Shown here: positions 26,968-36,852 of the stretch, piece after piece
Position numbering within the stretch: the first letter of the stretch is position 1
Layout of the letters: each line of letters starts with the position of its first letter
Assembly (NCBI GenBank): GCA_963805085.1
Contig: CAWDTA010000002.1
Span: 672,001-736,000, forward strand
From: an uncultured Veillonellaceae bacterium
GTDB taxonomy: Bacteria; Bacillota; Negativicutes; JARBTT01
Reading direction: 5' to 3'
Length of the DNA stretch: 64,000 nucleotides
Notes under the pieces: generated by a model
Database searches by the model: none
Told to the model about the DNA's origin: nothing
The model's input: only the letters and a program-made list of their open reading frames with translations
Program-made: the position numbers and the translations under genes

Positions 26968-28904
26968 CTTCTACTAAAACTTTTGATAAAATTCTGATAA
27001 GATTTATCTTTAATCAGAGCTTTAACCCCATTTTCTTTTACTAAATATTCAAACAATTTTAAGAAAACATTTTCCCATAGATTAAACTTTTCTTTTACGA
27101 TATTGATTAGAAAGATAACTTGCACATGGTGGTCATCCCACACAATCGGCTTCTCTAGAATCAAAATCGCAATTGAAGAAGTATCCATATCGTTATACAT
27201 TGGATGCGGTATCGCTACCAAATTACCAATCTCAGTTGACGATGCTTCTTCCCTTTCAAGCACTGATATCTTTGTTTTCTCACTCATATATCCTTTTTCT
27301 ATCATTTTCGTTGTTAAAAATTCTAAAACTTCTTGTTTATTCTTCAAGGCTTTATCTTTATAGAAACAATCTTCACGAAAAAACTCTTCGTAAGCTAGTT
27401 CACTATCCATGACTTGACCAAAAATACGACTTTCAATGGTATCCATTTCATTTTTATTTAATAAATGAGTTACATGAATGATTTTTTCAGACTGCATATG
27501 TTGAATTGGTATCGTTGTTAAAATCATATCAACACTAGCTACTGTGCTTTCATCAATTTCATAACCAGGCATTGTTTTAATGACTTTAATCCGATTCTTA
27601 AAATGTTCCTCTATCTTTGTTTTAATTAAAATCGCAGTTCCAATCCCTGTTGCACACACAATAATTGCTCGTTTAAAATTGACGTCATTTTTTATACCTT
27701 TGCGGCTTAAAGCAGCTCCGAAATGAATTGCAATATAGCCAATTTCATTTTCATCAACATCAACAGCTTCGATTTTTTCAATTACACGACTTGCAATAAC
27801 CGCAATTTGAAAGGCTAATGGATATTCATTTTTGATAACTTCTAAAACCTCATTGCGAATATTCATATTAAATTTGATTCTTGTAAGCGCGATTTTAAGG
27901 TGGAGAGTAAGCCCTTTGATTAAATTTTTGTCATTGGAAAAGTCAATTTTAGCGACTTCATTTACCTTCATCATGATTTGCTTCATCATATCTTCGATAT
28001 TATCCGCTACCTGATCTTGATTTACATCTAAATACTTTTTACTTGCAATCAAATGTTGCGCAATATAATAGATTTCACTCATTGCAACATCAATGCTTAA
28101 CTTCATATAAATTTGATCAATGATATCCCTTGCAACCTGAAATTCTATCGTTTTTTCAATTTTTTTCGTTTGACTAATGGTATAAACAATTTGATTTTCA
28201 TGATTTGCTCGTTTGATAGCAATTGCTATATGAATCAACAAATTTTTAATTGCCATATCGGTTAACTTTATTGCTCGTTTTGCAGTTACCGTAAGAATAA
28301 TTTCCTCAATTTTATATAAGTCAACTTTGTCAAATAAATTTTGATAAAATTCATTTGTATAAACATCTTCTTTTGGATTACGATTAAATATATATTCAGA
28401 AATACAATATCTAATTTGCGCTTCATTGCCAGCAATCTGCATACCTCTCGTTTTATAGCTGACAATTTTAAGTGAGTATTTTACTATTTTTTTCTCAACT
28501 TCTTTGAGACTCAGTTTCAACGTTGATAAACTGATAAACATCTCATCTGCCAAATCCATTTGCGTAATTTGTTTATTTTGCAATGCATTGAATAATAATT
28601 TTTTGATGATGTAATATACCCGTGCTTCAGCTGATACCAAGCTATTTCTTTCTGGTGATTGATTTGCTAATCCTAGTCCTTCAAAAACCTCTCTATTGAT
28701 AATTTCTAGAATATATCCAGTTCTAGTTGCTGAATTGATCATAGCCCCTTTATCTTTCAAATAACTATTGAGACTTTTAATATCACTACGGATAGTCCTT
28801 GAAGATACCCCGACTAGTTTCGACAACTCCTCACCAGTAATTCCTTTATCATGCTTTAGCAACAACTTAAATATTTTAAAAACGCGCTCATTTGGTATAT
28901 TCAT
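26964..28904 (-). CDS. PRD-domain transcriptional activator (MtlR/LicR type, with EIIB and EIIA domains)
   Basis: HTH VSSRTIRSDI, two PRDs, CATGIGT EIIB-like motif, VAIPHP EIIA-like motif. Confidence 0.88.
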   Translation of the reverse strand: MNIPNERVFKIFKLLLKHDKGITGEELSKLVGVSSRTIRSDIKSLNSYLKDKGAMINSATRTGYILEIINREVFEGLGLANQSPERNSLVSAEARVYYIIKKLLFNALQNKQITQMDLADEMFISLSTLKLSLKEVEKKIVKYSLKIVSYKTRGMQIAGNEAQIRYCISEYIFNRNPKEDVYTNEFYQNLFDKVDLYKIEEIILTVTAKRAIKLTDMAIKNLLIHIAIAIKRANHENQIVYTISQTKKIEKTIEFQVARDIIDQIYMKLSIDVAMSEIYYIAQHLIASKKYLDVNQDQVADNIEDMMKQIMMKVNEVAKIDFSNDKNLIKGLTLHLKIALTRIKFNMNIRNEVLEVIKNEYPLAFQIAVIASRVIEKIEAVDVDENEIGYIAIHFGAALSRKGIKNDVNFKRAIIVCATGIGTAILIKTKIEEHFKNRIKVIKTMPGYEIDESTVASVDMILTTIPIQHMQSEKIIHVTHLLNKNEMDTIESRIFGQVMDSELAYEEFFREDCFYKDKALKNKQEVLEFLTTKMIEKGYMSEKTKISVLEREEASSTEIGNLVAIPHPMYNDMDTSSIAILILEKPIVWDDHHVQVIFLINIVKEKFNLWENVFLKLFEYLVKENGVKALIKDKSYQNFIKSFSRR

Positions 28905-29144
28905 TACATCACCCCTTCGGCCTGATTTAAGCTTAACAATAATCTTATCTATAGCATAGTTCGTCTATTTCCTGCTATCAAGGAAATAGGCAAACTATTA
29001 TATTAATATCTTTACGACTGAAAGTTGGATAGCGGAAATTTATCATATCATTTTTATCGTAACAAATACCATAACTAGTTCTTCCAATCTCAATGCTAAA
29101 TTTATTTTCTGTCTTCTCCCTTCAGATTCGCCCATGCTGGGTGC

Positions 29145-29202
29145 ACAGAAAAAAGAGAGTCATTAAAAGCCCTCTAACTTTTAATGACTCTCTTTTTTCT
29201 GT
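29145..29202. terminator. long perfect hairpin terminator downstream of the MFS gene
   Basis: ACAGAAAAAAGAGAGTCATTAAAAG / CTTTTAATGACTCTCTTTTTTCTGT. Confidence 0.8.
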
Positions 29203-29213
29203 TATTTTTATAA

Positions 29214-30464
29214 TTACTGTTTTTCTGCCACGCCTAGCTCATATACTAACTCTATGTCTTTTTTGTCGCTTTTCAACGTAAAAATACTAATTATTGTAAT
29301 AATTAGCACGACTATTCCTAGAAATAAATATGTATTTTGGAAACCAAGTATAGCATACATTCCCCCAGCAATCGAAGAAAAAAGCACAACTGCTCCTTGT
29401 TTCGCTAAATTGAATCCCAGTAAATAAACCGTAGCCGATAAGCGCACATCGAAAACCCCCGTGATATATTTCATAACCGAAACCAACATGAGTGGCATTT
29501 CAAATGCAGCGATTAAGCGTATAACAGATAGCATGACTGGTGTAGTAAAAATAGCGCTACCGATAATACGAACGAATGTTAATATCCCAAACAACAACAG
29601 CCCCTTTTTAGCTCCAATTTTATTCACTAACGCCGGAGCGAATATCATTAAAATAGCCTCTAGAGCAGTCTGCCCTGCGCATAATTTACTAAATACATCA
29701 ATGCCTGTCATTTTATCATCAAAAAAAGTTACATAATAGTTCGGAAACTGCTGATCGAACACATCATAAATAGAAGCTGTACCGACAATAATAAACGCAA
29801 AATACCAAAAATCTTTCATTTTTAGAATAGCTAAAACATCTTTCTTACTTATCTCTATTACCGCGGCTTTCTCTTTTTCTGGTACCTGTTCTTGTTTTAC
29901 ACGAGCTGTATACAAAAGCACACATAGTAATACTGCTGAACCTGAACCAAACCAGAAAATATTATCGGGGTTCTGCACATAAAGGATACCACCAACAAAC
30001 GTAGCCGTTGCGCCCGCAATCGAGCCAAAAAGTCTAACATGCCCATATTCGAAGCCATTTTTCCTACTTACTTTTTCGATATAGGATTCAACGACACCTA
30101 CCCCACCAAAAAAACATAGGCTTAAGTAGCAACTACCTAAAAGAGCGCCTGCCATTACATTAAATTGCAATAATTTTATAAAAATAAAATTAAAAAACGG
30201 CCCCATAAACAGCAAGGCAATTGCAATTAAAGCAAACAAATTTTTGCGATACCGCAACTTATCTTGAATATAACCAAAAAAAGGATGGTAGCAAAGCGCC
30301 ATCAATGACATAGCTGAGAAAACAATACCAGACTGCGCTTCATCCAAATGTGCAATATCCTTTAACCATAACGGTAGAAATGCTAAAACTACCGCCCAAA
30401 TCATGAAATAAAAATAAAATAATCCACCAAAATTCATAAAATCCCTGTTCAGTATTTTATTCAT
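29214..30464 (-). CDS. MFS oligosaccharide:H+ symporter (LacY/RafB family)
   Basis: FLPLWL, GYIQDKL, FEYGHVRLFGS, YDVFDQQF, KYIT..FDVRLSAT. Confidence 0.87.
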   Translation of the reverse strand: MNKILNRDFMNFGGLFYFYFMIWAVVLAFLPLWLKDIAHLDEAQSGIVFSAMSLMALCYHPFFGYIQDKLRYRKNLFALIAIALLFMGPFFNFIFIKLLQFNVMAGALLGSCYLSLCFFGGVGVVESYIEKVSRKNGFEYGHVRLFGSIAGATATFVGGILYVQNPDNIFWFGSGSAVLLCVLLYTARVKQEQVPEKEKAAVIEISKKDVLAILKMKDFWYFAFIIVGTASIYDVFDQQFPNYYVTFFDDKMTGIDVFSKLCAGQTALEAILMIFAPALVNKIGAKKGLLLFGILTFVRIIGSAIFTTPVMLSVIRLIAAFEMPLMLVSVMKYITGVFDVRLSATVYLLGFNLAKQGAVVLFSSIAGGMYAILGFQNTYLFLGIVVLIITIISIFTLKSDKKDIELVYELGVAEKQ

Positions 30465-30477
30465 CTGTTTTATCCTC

Positions 30478-31464
30478 CTATTTTATCTGATTCATTACTT
30501 TGTTTTCAGCATCCCGCTCCGGTACTCCAAAATCTGGGGTTCCATCTTGATTCCAATGAATCACCTGCACTCTTGTGTGTCGGTTAGGATCATATAATGG
30601 ATCTCCTTCAATTTTCGTATAATTTCTAGCATGATATACTAACAAATCATCTTTGCCATCCTCTGATACGGTAAAACTATTATGGCCTGGCCCATATTGA
30701 TGATTTTCGTAAGAAGTTTTGAATATCGGCTGTAACGATTTTTTCCAAGTTTGTTGATTTAATAAATCATCGTTCTCATCTGCCGTCAGCATTCCAATGC
30801 AATAGTTTTCATCAGTAGCACTAGCTGAATAAGTCAAAAATATTCTGCCATTTTTCTTCAGAATTGCCGGTCCTTCATTCACGAAAAAAATCTGCGTTTC
30901 CCAATCTAGTTCCGGTTGCGTTAACATAACTGTTTCACCTGATAATGTCCATGGATCCTGCATCTTTGAAATATAAATATTCGAATGGGACTTTTCATTC
31001 ACTTTTTTATCTTCCTGTGCCCAGACATAATAAAGCTCTTCTTTATGTTCAAAAACAGTTGCATCCAATGCAAAAGATTCCCACCCAGCCTTCAACTGGC
31101 CTTTTTCCTGCCAACATGGTGTACATGGATCAGCTGATTGATTTTCAATTACATACATTCTGTGATTAAATGTATCTCCGGTGACTTCTTTATTGGGCGC
31201 AGCCGCAAAATAAATGTACCATTTATTACAAACGAAATGTATCTCCGGTGCCCATACCAACTCACTCATTTCACCTTTCTTATGCTTCTCCCAAACAACG
31301 ACCCCATCTGCATTTCCAAGTTCCTGTATACTTTTTGCCCTACGAATTTCTATCCTATCGTATTCTGGAACAGATGCTGTAAAATAATAATATCCATCTG
31401 TATGCTTATAAATAAAAGGATCTGCTCGCTGAGGTACAACCGGATTTTTATATACATTCTTCAT
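30478..31464 (-). CDS. GH43 glycoside hydrolase, probable alpha-L-arabinofuranosidase (cytoplasmic)
   Basis: QRADP, WAPE, FALDAT, VNEGP, GPGHNSF; no signal peptide. Confidence 0.85.
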   Translation of the reverse strand: MKNVYKNPVVPQRADPFIYKHTDGYYYFTASVPEYDRIEIRRAKSIQELGNADGVVVWEKHKKGEMSELVWAPEIHFVCNKWYIYFAAAPNKEVTGDTFNHRMYVIENQSADPCTPCWQEKGQLKAGWESFALDATVFEHKEELYYVWAQEDKKVNEKSHSNIYISKMQDPWTLSGETVMLTQPELDWETQIFFVNEGPAILKKNGRIFLTYSASATDENYCIGMLTADENDDLLNQQTWKKSLQPIFKTSYENHQYGPGHNSFTVSEDGKDDLLVYHARNYTKIEGDPLYDPNRHTRVQVIHWNQDGTPDFGVPERDAENKVMNQIK

Positions 31465-31944
31465 TTAAACCTTCTCCTTACACATCTTGAATTTATAATG
31501 TTTTTAATATATTGAATTTTCTGTTTAATATAGCTACATTCTTTTTAAATTTTTTTCACTATCTTCGCCTATGAGTTTACCCTTCATATATTTCTCAAAA
31601 ATTATTTTTAAATTTTTATTTTTTATTTTTACATCGAAACTCCCCTTCCTACTAAAATCGCCTTACAATTGCACAAAACATCATACAACTTTATACTTAA
31701 TAAGATACAACTTCTTACTTTTCCTGTCAACATAAATAACTTAATAGTTTATATTTTTATAAATTATATATTTTACCTATAAAATTTATTCAATAAATTT
31801 TCAATAGAATTTTTCCACTTATATTATTTAATTATCATCAATCACTTTTTTACCTATATTTTTCATTTTTTTGCACATCTTTATCTATTATGACTATTTT
31901 TCTTTTGATCTACTGGCTTTTTATGTTTATTTTCATTATTTTAT

Positions 31945-31992
31945 ATGAATTTATATATAATTAAGTTTTATATTAACTATATATAAATTCAT
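31945..31992. promoter_or_regulatory. AT-rich inverted repeat, candidate operator between GH43 and its regulator
   Basis: ATGAATTTATATATA..TATATATAAATTCAT perfect 15-bp arms. Confidence 0.4.
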
Positions 31993-32121
31993 TTCACGAT
32001 AGCATATTACAAAATTTATTTTGATCAGGCATCTATAAATTCAACTAAAAACTATTCCGCACTAGAAAATTTTGCGAAAAAATGTTATTATTTTATCAAA
32101 CTCTTAACTAAATGTAAAAGG

Positions 32122-33072
32122 ATGTACACTATGCGCGAATTTTTTACCAAAGAAGAAACGGTTGCTTTCGGCAAAGCACTCAGCTCCGATTTACGAGTAG
32201 AAATGCTGCAATATATTTATAAAAATCGAGGAACAAGCCTCAATGATCTAGCCGAAGCACTCCATGTAAGCCGTGCTGGCATTACACAACATATGAAAAT
32301 ATTAACTGAGACTGATTTAGTTGAAGTTCGGCAAGTAAACGGACAACGCGATGCTCGTAAAGCCTGTTTCCTCAAAGAAAATCGCTTTGTTATTAGCCTT
32401 GGGCGTCACTTTGATTCCGGAAATATGTATACTGCCGAAATCCCGATTGGACAGTATACCAACTATCAGGTAACGCCAACCTGTGGCATTGCAACAACTA
32501 CTGAATTAATAGGCAATGTTGATTCCCCTCGTTACTTCGATGATCCACTTCGTTTCAATGCAAGTATTCTTTGGTTCAGTTCTGGCTATATCGAATACCG
32601 CCTACCAAATTACTTGCAAGAAAAGCATTTGCCCATCGAAATCCAAATTTCTTTTGAAATCTCTTCAGAAGCTCCTGGTATCGCAGAAAATTGGCCAAGT
32701 GACATTTCTTTCTTTTTTAACGATATTTTGCTAGGTTCATGGACTAGCCCAGGCGATTTCGGTGCTGTACGTGGACTATATACACCTGAATGGTGGACGC
32801 CTAATTGGAACCAGTATGGGCTACTTAAACTTCTCTCAATAAACGCGCAAGGCACTTTTATTGACGGGTTGATGATTTCTCCTGTTACAATTGATGCACT
32901 AAATTTGAATGAGAAAAGCAACTTTAAATTTAGGATTTCAGCCCCTGCCGATGCCAAAAATGCGGGGGGATTTACTCTCTTTGGGCATAACTTTGGCAAT
33001 TACAACCAAGATATTAAACTACATGTCATTTATGATACAGATAAGAATGATTTCACCAAAAGTAAGCTATAA
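32122..33072 (+). CDS. ArsR-type HTH regulator with long C-terminal domain, typical of sugar-hydrolase loci
   Basis: KALSSDLRVEML HTH; PTCG, SSEAPG, WPSDISF, WTSPGDFG, QYGLLK; divergent from GH43-MFS. Confidence 0.8.
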   Translation: MYTMREFFTKEETVAFGKALSSDLRVEMLQYIYKNRGTSLNDLAEALHVSRAGITQHMKILTETDLVEVRQVNGQRDARKACFLKENRFVISLGRHFDSGNMYTAEIPIGQYTNYQVTPTCGIATTTELIGNVDSPRYFDDPLRFNASILWFSSGYIEYRLPNYLQEKHLPIEIQISFEISSEAPGIAENWPSDISFFFNDILLGSWTSPGDFGAVRGLYTPEWWTPNWNQYGLLKLLSINAQGTFIDGLMISPVTIDALNLNEKSNFKFRISAPADAKNAGGFTLFGHNFGNYNQDIKLHVIYDTDKNDFTKSKL

Positions 33073-33078
33073 TAGAGA

Positions 33079-33129
33079 AAAAAATAGAACTACTTTCTAG
33101 GATTACACCTAAAAAGTAGTTCTATTTTT
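33079..33129. terminator. terminator hairpin between convergent regulator and gabT
   Basis: AAAAATAGAACTACTTT..AAAGTAGTTCTATTTTT; second hairpin AAAACAGCA..TGCTGTTTT at ~33186-33218. Confidence 0.75.
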
Positions 33130-33227
33130 GCTCTATCCACCTTGAATAAGACATTCTTCCTTCGGTAATAAAGGTCTGCAGAATGAAAACAGCAAGCATT
33201 TTCATTGCCTGCTGTTTTCTTCTGCCT

Positions 33228-34550
33228 TTATTTAGCTTCTGCTGTCGCCCGTACTATACTTTGTTCTAAAATCGTAAGCCCACGATCCAATTGTTCATCG
33301 GTAACAACGAGTGGGATTAATAAACGTATCACATTGCCAAATACCCCCGCACTGATTAAAATCACACCTTGTTCTAGGCATAAACGAATAACTCTTGCAG
33401 TTAATTCTTTTGCTGGTGCTTTGGATTTTTTATCCTTAACCATTTCAATCCCGACCATAGCGCCGAGACCTCTAACATCACCGATGGTTTCACAGCTTTC
33501 TTGTAGCGTTTTGAACCGACTCATTATTCTTTCGCCAATCACTTGTGCACGATGGCAAAGATCATTTTCTTCAATAAATTTCATTGTTTCGATCCCAGCC
33601 ACACAAGCCAATGGATTCCCACCGTAAGTTCCACCGATACTACCTGCACCTGGTGCATCCATATATTCTGCTTTCCCTGTTACTGCACTCAATGGTACCC
33701 CAGCCGCAATTGATTTTGCCGTTGTCATAAGGTCAGGTTCAACGCCCCAATTTTCAATCGCAAACATCTTACCACTTCTAGCAAAACCCGATTGTACTTC
33801 ATCAGCGATAAATAAGATATCATTCTTTTCACAAATTGTTTTCAAGCCTGGTAAAAATTCTTTTGGTGGAACAATAAATCCACCTTCTCCTTGGATTGGT
33901 TCAATAATCATTGCCGCAATATGATCGGCATCCATTTCAGTTGTAAAGAAACGTTCAATTCTTTCTAGGCAGGCCATACCACAACCTGGATACATCGATT
34001 TATAAGGGCAACGATAGCAATACGCGGATGGAACTTTATATACATCAGGAGCAAATGGACCAAAACCATATTTATATGGTTTTACTTTGCTCGTTAAACT
34101 CATTGTCATCAAGGATCTACCATGGAAGGCACATTCAAACGACATGATGCCTGTCTTCTTCGTTGCGTGACGCGCAATTTTCACTGCATTTTCTACAGCT
34201 TCTGCCCCACTATTGACGAACATTGTCTTTTTCTTTGATTCCCCTGGCATGATTTCATTCATTTTTTCTGCTAGTTCTACATATGGTTCGTACATGGCAA
34301 CGGAGAAAAAGGAATGTAATAATTTATCTGCTTGCTTTTGAATAGCTTTCACAACAGGTTTAGGACAATGACCGACATTCAAAACGCCTACCCCAGCATA
34401 AAAATCTAAATACTCTTTACCTTCTACATCGGTGATAACTGCTCCGCTGGCTTTTTCAACAAAAATCTCAGTGGAATGCGCAATCCCACTTGCTACAGCT
34501 GCCTGTTTCCGTTTTAATAATTTTTCTGTCCGAGTTTCTGTTCCACTCAT
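33228..34550 (-). CDS. gabT: 4-aminobutyrate aminotransferase (class III PLP)
   Basis: NSGAEAVENAVK, FHGRS, EPIQGEGG, DEVQSGFARSG, TAKSIAAG; exact omega-amino substrate inferred. Confidence 0.85.
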   Translation of the reverse strand: MSGTETRTEKLLKRKQAAVASGIAHSTEIFVEKASGAVITDVEGKEYLDFYAGVGVLNVGHCPKPVVKAIQKQADKLLHSFFSVAMYEPYVELAEKMNEIMPGESKKKTMFVNSGAEAVENAVKIARHATKKTGIMSFECAFHGRSLMTMSLTSKVKPYKYGFGPFAPDVYKVPSAYCYRCPYKSMYPGCGMACLERIERFFTTEMDADHIAAMIIEPIQGEGGFIVPPKEFLPGLKTICEKNDILFIADEVQSGFARSGKMFAIENWGVEPDLMTTAKSIAAGVPLSAVTGKAEYMDAPGAGSIGGTYGGNPLACVAGIETMKFIEENDLCHRAQVIGERIMSRFKTLQESCETIGDVRGLGAMVGIEMVKDKKSKAPAKELTARVIRLCLEQGVILISAGVFGNVIRLLIPLVVTDEQLDRGLTILEQSIVRATAEAK

Positions 34551-34587
34551 TTGTGAACGCCTCCTAAAATATATCTGATTCTCTAAT

Positions 34588-34641
34588 AAAAATAAAACCG
34601 CCGAAGTATCCTTTTGGGGATATTACTTCGGCGTCATTGCC
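34588..34641 (-). promoter_or_regulatory. leader terminator overlapped by an ANTAR-like hexaloop hairpin (gabT)
   Basis: GGC-AATGAC-GCC overlaps the 5' arm of CGCCGAAGTA..TACTTCGGCG-GTTTTATTTTT. Confidence 0.6.
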
Positions 34642-34802
34642 AATTAGCTTCATAAAATTTTTAGCAACTTTGTGTTTATTTGATTATGACCTCATAATAT
34701 CAGATATACTAGGCTGGGTCTATGTGCATATTGCCGTTATGTTTCATTGTTTTTAGGAACTATTCACAGTCGAAGATTCAGATCCCCGTTTATCTCCTAG
34801 CC

Positions 34803-35495
34803 TTATCCAAGCGATCTTGCTAGAAAAAATGCTACTGCTGAAGCTATACTCCCAATAACGGTAGTTTGAATAGCACTTTTCCAGGGTTTGTTTCCCATAA
34901 ATCTCCCCTTTAGATAGCCAAAGATAAATAAAGCGGAGACTGTGCAGTAGACAGACCAGGTTAGTCCATCCGTAATATTTGCAAACACCATATAAGGAAA
35001 CAGCGGCACAAAGCCACCAACAGCGTAAGCCGCAGAGATTGTCAGAGCGCTATATAATGCACGGCGCGGCTCAGGCCTTTCTAAGCCCAGCTCAAATTTC
35101 ATCATAAAATCAACCATAGCAGTAGGATTTTGCTCCAGTGACTTAATTAAAGGGAAGCTTGCTTCCTTTGAAACACCATAAGCAGCAAAGATATCCGCGA
35201 TTTCCTGTTTTTCATCTTCTAGCCGAAACTCTGTTTCCTGCCGTTCTCTCTGTAATTCACTGTCATAATGTTCGTTTTCACCGCGAGCCGCAAGATAACC
35301 GCCAAGCCCCATGGAAATAGAGCCAGCTACAATTTCCGCAAGTCCTGCAGTAACAACAAGCCCAGTGGATGAAGCGGCACCTGATATCCCGGCTGCAAGC
35401 GCAAAAGGCACAGTCAGCCCATCTGACATGCCGAGTACTATATCCTTAATAAAATCAGACGAAGTAAAATGATGTTCTCCATGCACTTCTGCCAA
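34803..35495 (-). CDS. VIT1/CCC1 family iron/manganese transporter
   Basis: DIVLGMSDGLTVPFALAAG, GLAEIVAGSISMGLGGYL, FMMKFELGLE. Confidence 0.9.
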   Translation of the reverse strand: MAEVHGEHHFTSSDFIKDIVLGMSDGLTVPFALAAGISGAASSTGLVVTAGLAEIVAGSISMGLGGYLAARGENEHYDSELQRERQETEFRLEDEKQEIADIFAAYGVSKEASFPLIKSLEQNPTAMVDFMMKFELGLERPEPRRALYSALTISAAYAVGGFVPLFPYMVFANITDGLTWSVYCTVSALFIFGYLKGRFMGNKPWKSAIQTTVIGSIASAVAFFLARSLG

Positions 35496-35585
35496 GATAA
35501 TTCTCCCCTATCTAAAATATTCATTAGAAATTTTTATTTCGTAAAAATATAGAAAACTCCTGCAAAATTATCCATAAAAACAAAC

Positions 35586-35663
35586 AAAACAATAAAGAGG
35601 AATCCTAATTACTTCTACCAATTAGGATTCCTCTTTATTGTTTTTATTGAAAAATTTTATTTT
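35586..35663. repeat. 25-bp perfect hairpin plus tail; diverged copy of the pucR terminator at 41617-41695
   Basis: AAAGAGGAATCCTAATT..AATTAGGATTCCTCTTT-ATTGTTTTTATTGAAAAATTTTATTTT. Confidence 0.7.
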
Positions 35664-35953
35664 TTTACATACTGCTGCTTTATATGATGAGTATATTATA
35701 AAAAAATATTATGATGATTGCCCTATTTAGTTACTGAAATAATGTAGCTATTTAAGACTTTATTTTTGTGGTAAAAAACAAGTCTGACGTTCCCTTTTTA
35801 ACAGCATGATCGTAATAAAAGAGACTATCAAGGTGGCGAAAAATTAAAAAAATACAATAAAAAACATGATCCTTGTGATAAAAAATCATGTTTTAGCCTA
35901 CTTTTGCTTGCAATCCCCAAGAAATGTAATATAATAAAAAATAAGGTGGAAAT

Positions 35954-36050
35954 AAAAAAAGTCGCCGTGTCCCGAGAGTGTTGACGCACTCTCAGGCACG
36001 AGCAGGTGGTACGAGCACCTACACGTAACAGCTAGCTGTCTACGACGACA
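35954..36050 (-). ncRNA. putative ~95-nt antisense RNA
   Basis: Minus-strand TTGTAA (36083-36078)-17-TATAAT (36060-36055); ends in GC-rich hairpin CGTGCCTGAGAGTG..CACTCTCGGGACACG followed by T7. Confidence 0.65.
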
Positions 36051-36165
36051 ATTTATTATACCGTGCTTTTCCCTTGATTACAAGGGAGATAGTCCGTTCG
36101 CTTGGTATAATACGATTGAAGTTTTGGCAGAGGCTTAGCGTCTGCATGCAATCAAGATGAAGTAT

Positions 36166-36206
36166 AGCGCATGTGTAGGTTGGAAAACCCACGCATGCGC
36201 TTTTTT
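36166..36206 (+). terminator. attenuator terminator in a long structured leader
   Basis: AGCGCATGTGT..ACGCATGCGCT-TTTTT; its 5' arm is complementary to 36017-36026; sense promoter TTGCAA-16-TATAAT at 35908-35935. Confidence 0.7.
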
Positions 36207-36298
36207 AATTTCCCCTGAAACAAACTGTATGTTGGTTTTTTCTATCTGCATCAGCGGATAGAAGAAACCACGTGCAGAATGATGAAGGGGGAAATAAA

Positions 36299-36454
36299 TT
36301 GGTAACAGTACAAGGTAGTAAAAAGCTATGGGCAAGGTATCGCACCAGCGTGTGGCGAGGAAGCCTCCTCGCCACAACCAAGGGGAGAGGTTCGTTCTAT
36401 TTACAAGGGACAAGATATGTTTTTTGGGAAAACAGAGGTTCTATAAATGTATAG
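36299..36454 (+). CDS. possible 51-aa basic small protein
   Basis: TTG start after AAGGGGG (sequestered in a hairpin); stop overlaps the next ATG; contains a perfect 11-bp hairpin, so it may be noncoding. Confidence 0.3.
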   Translation: MVTVQGSKKLWARYRTSVWRGSLLATTKGRGSFYLQGTRYVFWENRGSINV

Positions 36455-36770
36455 AATCTTTAGAACACCAAAAGCCACGATTATTGCTCAGGAAGTAGAG
36501 AACACTGATTTTACAGTTAAATTGCTTACAGATTTAGATTGCAAAGAATATGTGATGATCAAATGGCAAGATACAGTTAATATATATAATTTTTCGCTAG
36601 TTGGTCAGGTCATTGAAATAGCTGACGAAATTTCATTAGAAGAGTTTAGAGAAATTACCTATGCGAAAATATATAAGGAATCATTAGAGCAGGAAATCAA
36701 ACCTAACAGTATGGATTCTCTAAAGTTCGGTTGGAAAAATTTTCTAGAAACAGACACAACTGGCAGCTAA
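36447..36770 (+). CDS. hypothetical acidic protein (107 aa)
   Basis: ATG preceded by AGAGGT; plausible composition; followed by a terminator; no recognisable motif. Confidence 0.6.
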   Translation: MYRIFRTPKATIIAQEVENTDFTVKLLTDLDCKEYVMIKWQDTVNIYNFSLVGQVIEIADEISLEEFREITYAKIYKESLEQEIKPNSMDSLKFGWKNFLETDTTGS

Positions 36771-36792
36771 TACCTGCCAGTTGTGTTTTTTT
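36753..36792 (+). terminator. Rho-independent terminator
   Basis: GACACAACTGGCAG-ctaatac-CTGCCAGTTGTGTT-TTTTT overlapping the stop codon. Confidence 0.8.
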
Positions 36793-36826
36793 ATGGACAA
36801 ATGAGAGACTTCATAAAATTTTGTGC

Positions 36827-36852
36827 AAAACAAGGGACAGGGGTTATGTTTC
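36827..36852. repeat. REP-like end of RAYT-like element 1 (downstream)
   Basis: AAAACA-AGGGACAGGGGTTA-TGTTTC; inverted partner at 37655-37681. Confidence 0.6.

Noticed and set aside
36400-36424. TACAAGGGACAAGATATGTT as an extra REP copy
   Set aside because: Lacks the GGGACAGG core and a proper closing stem; may be chance
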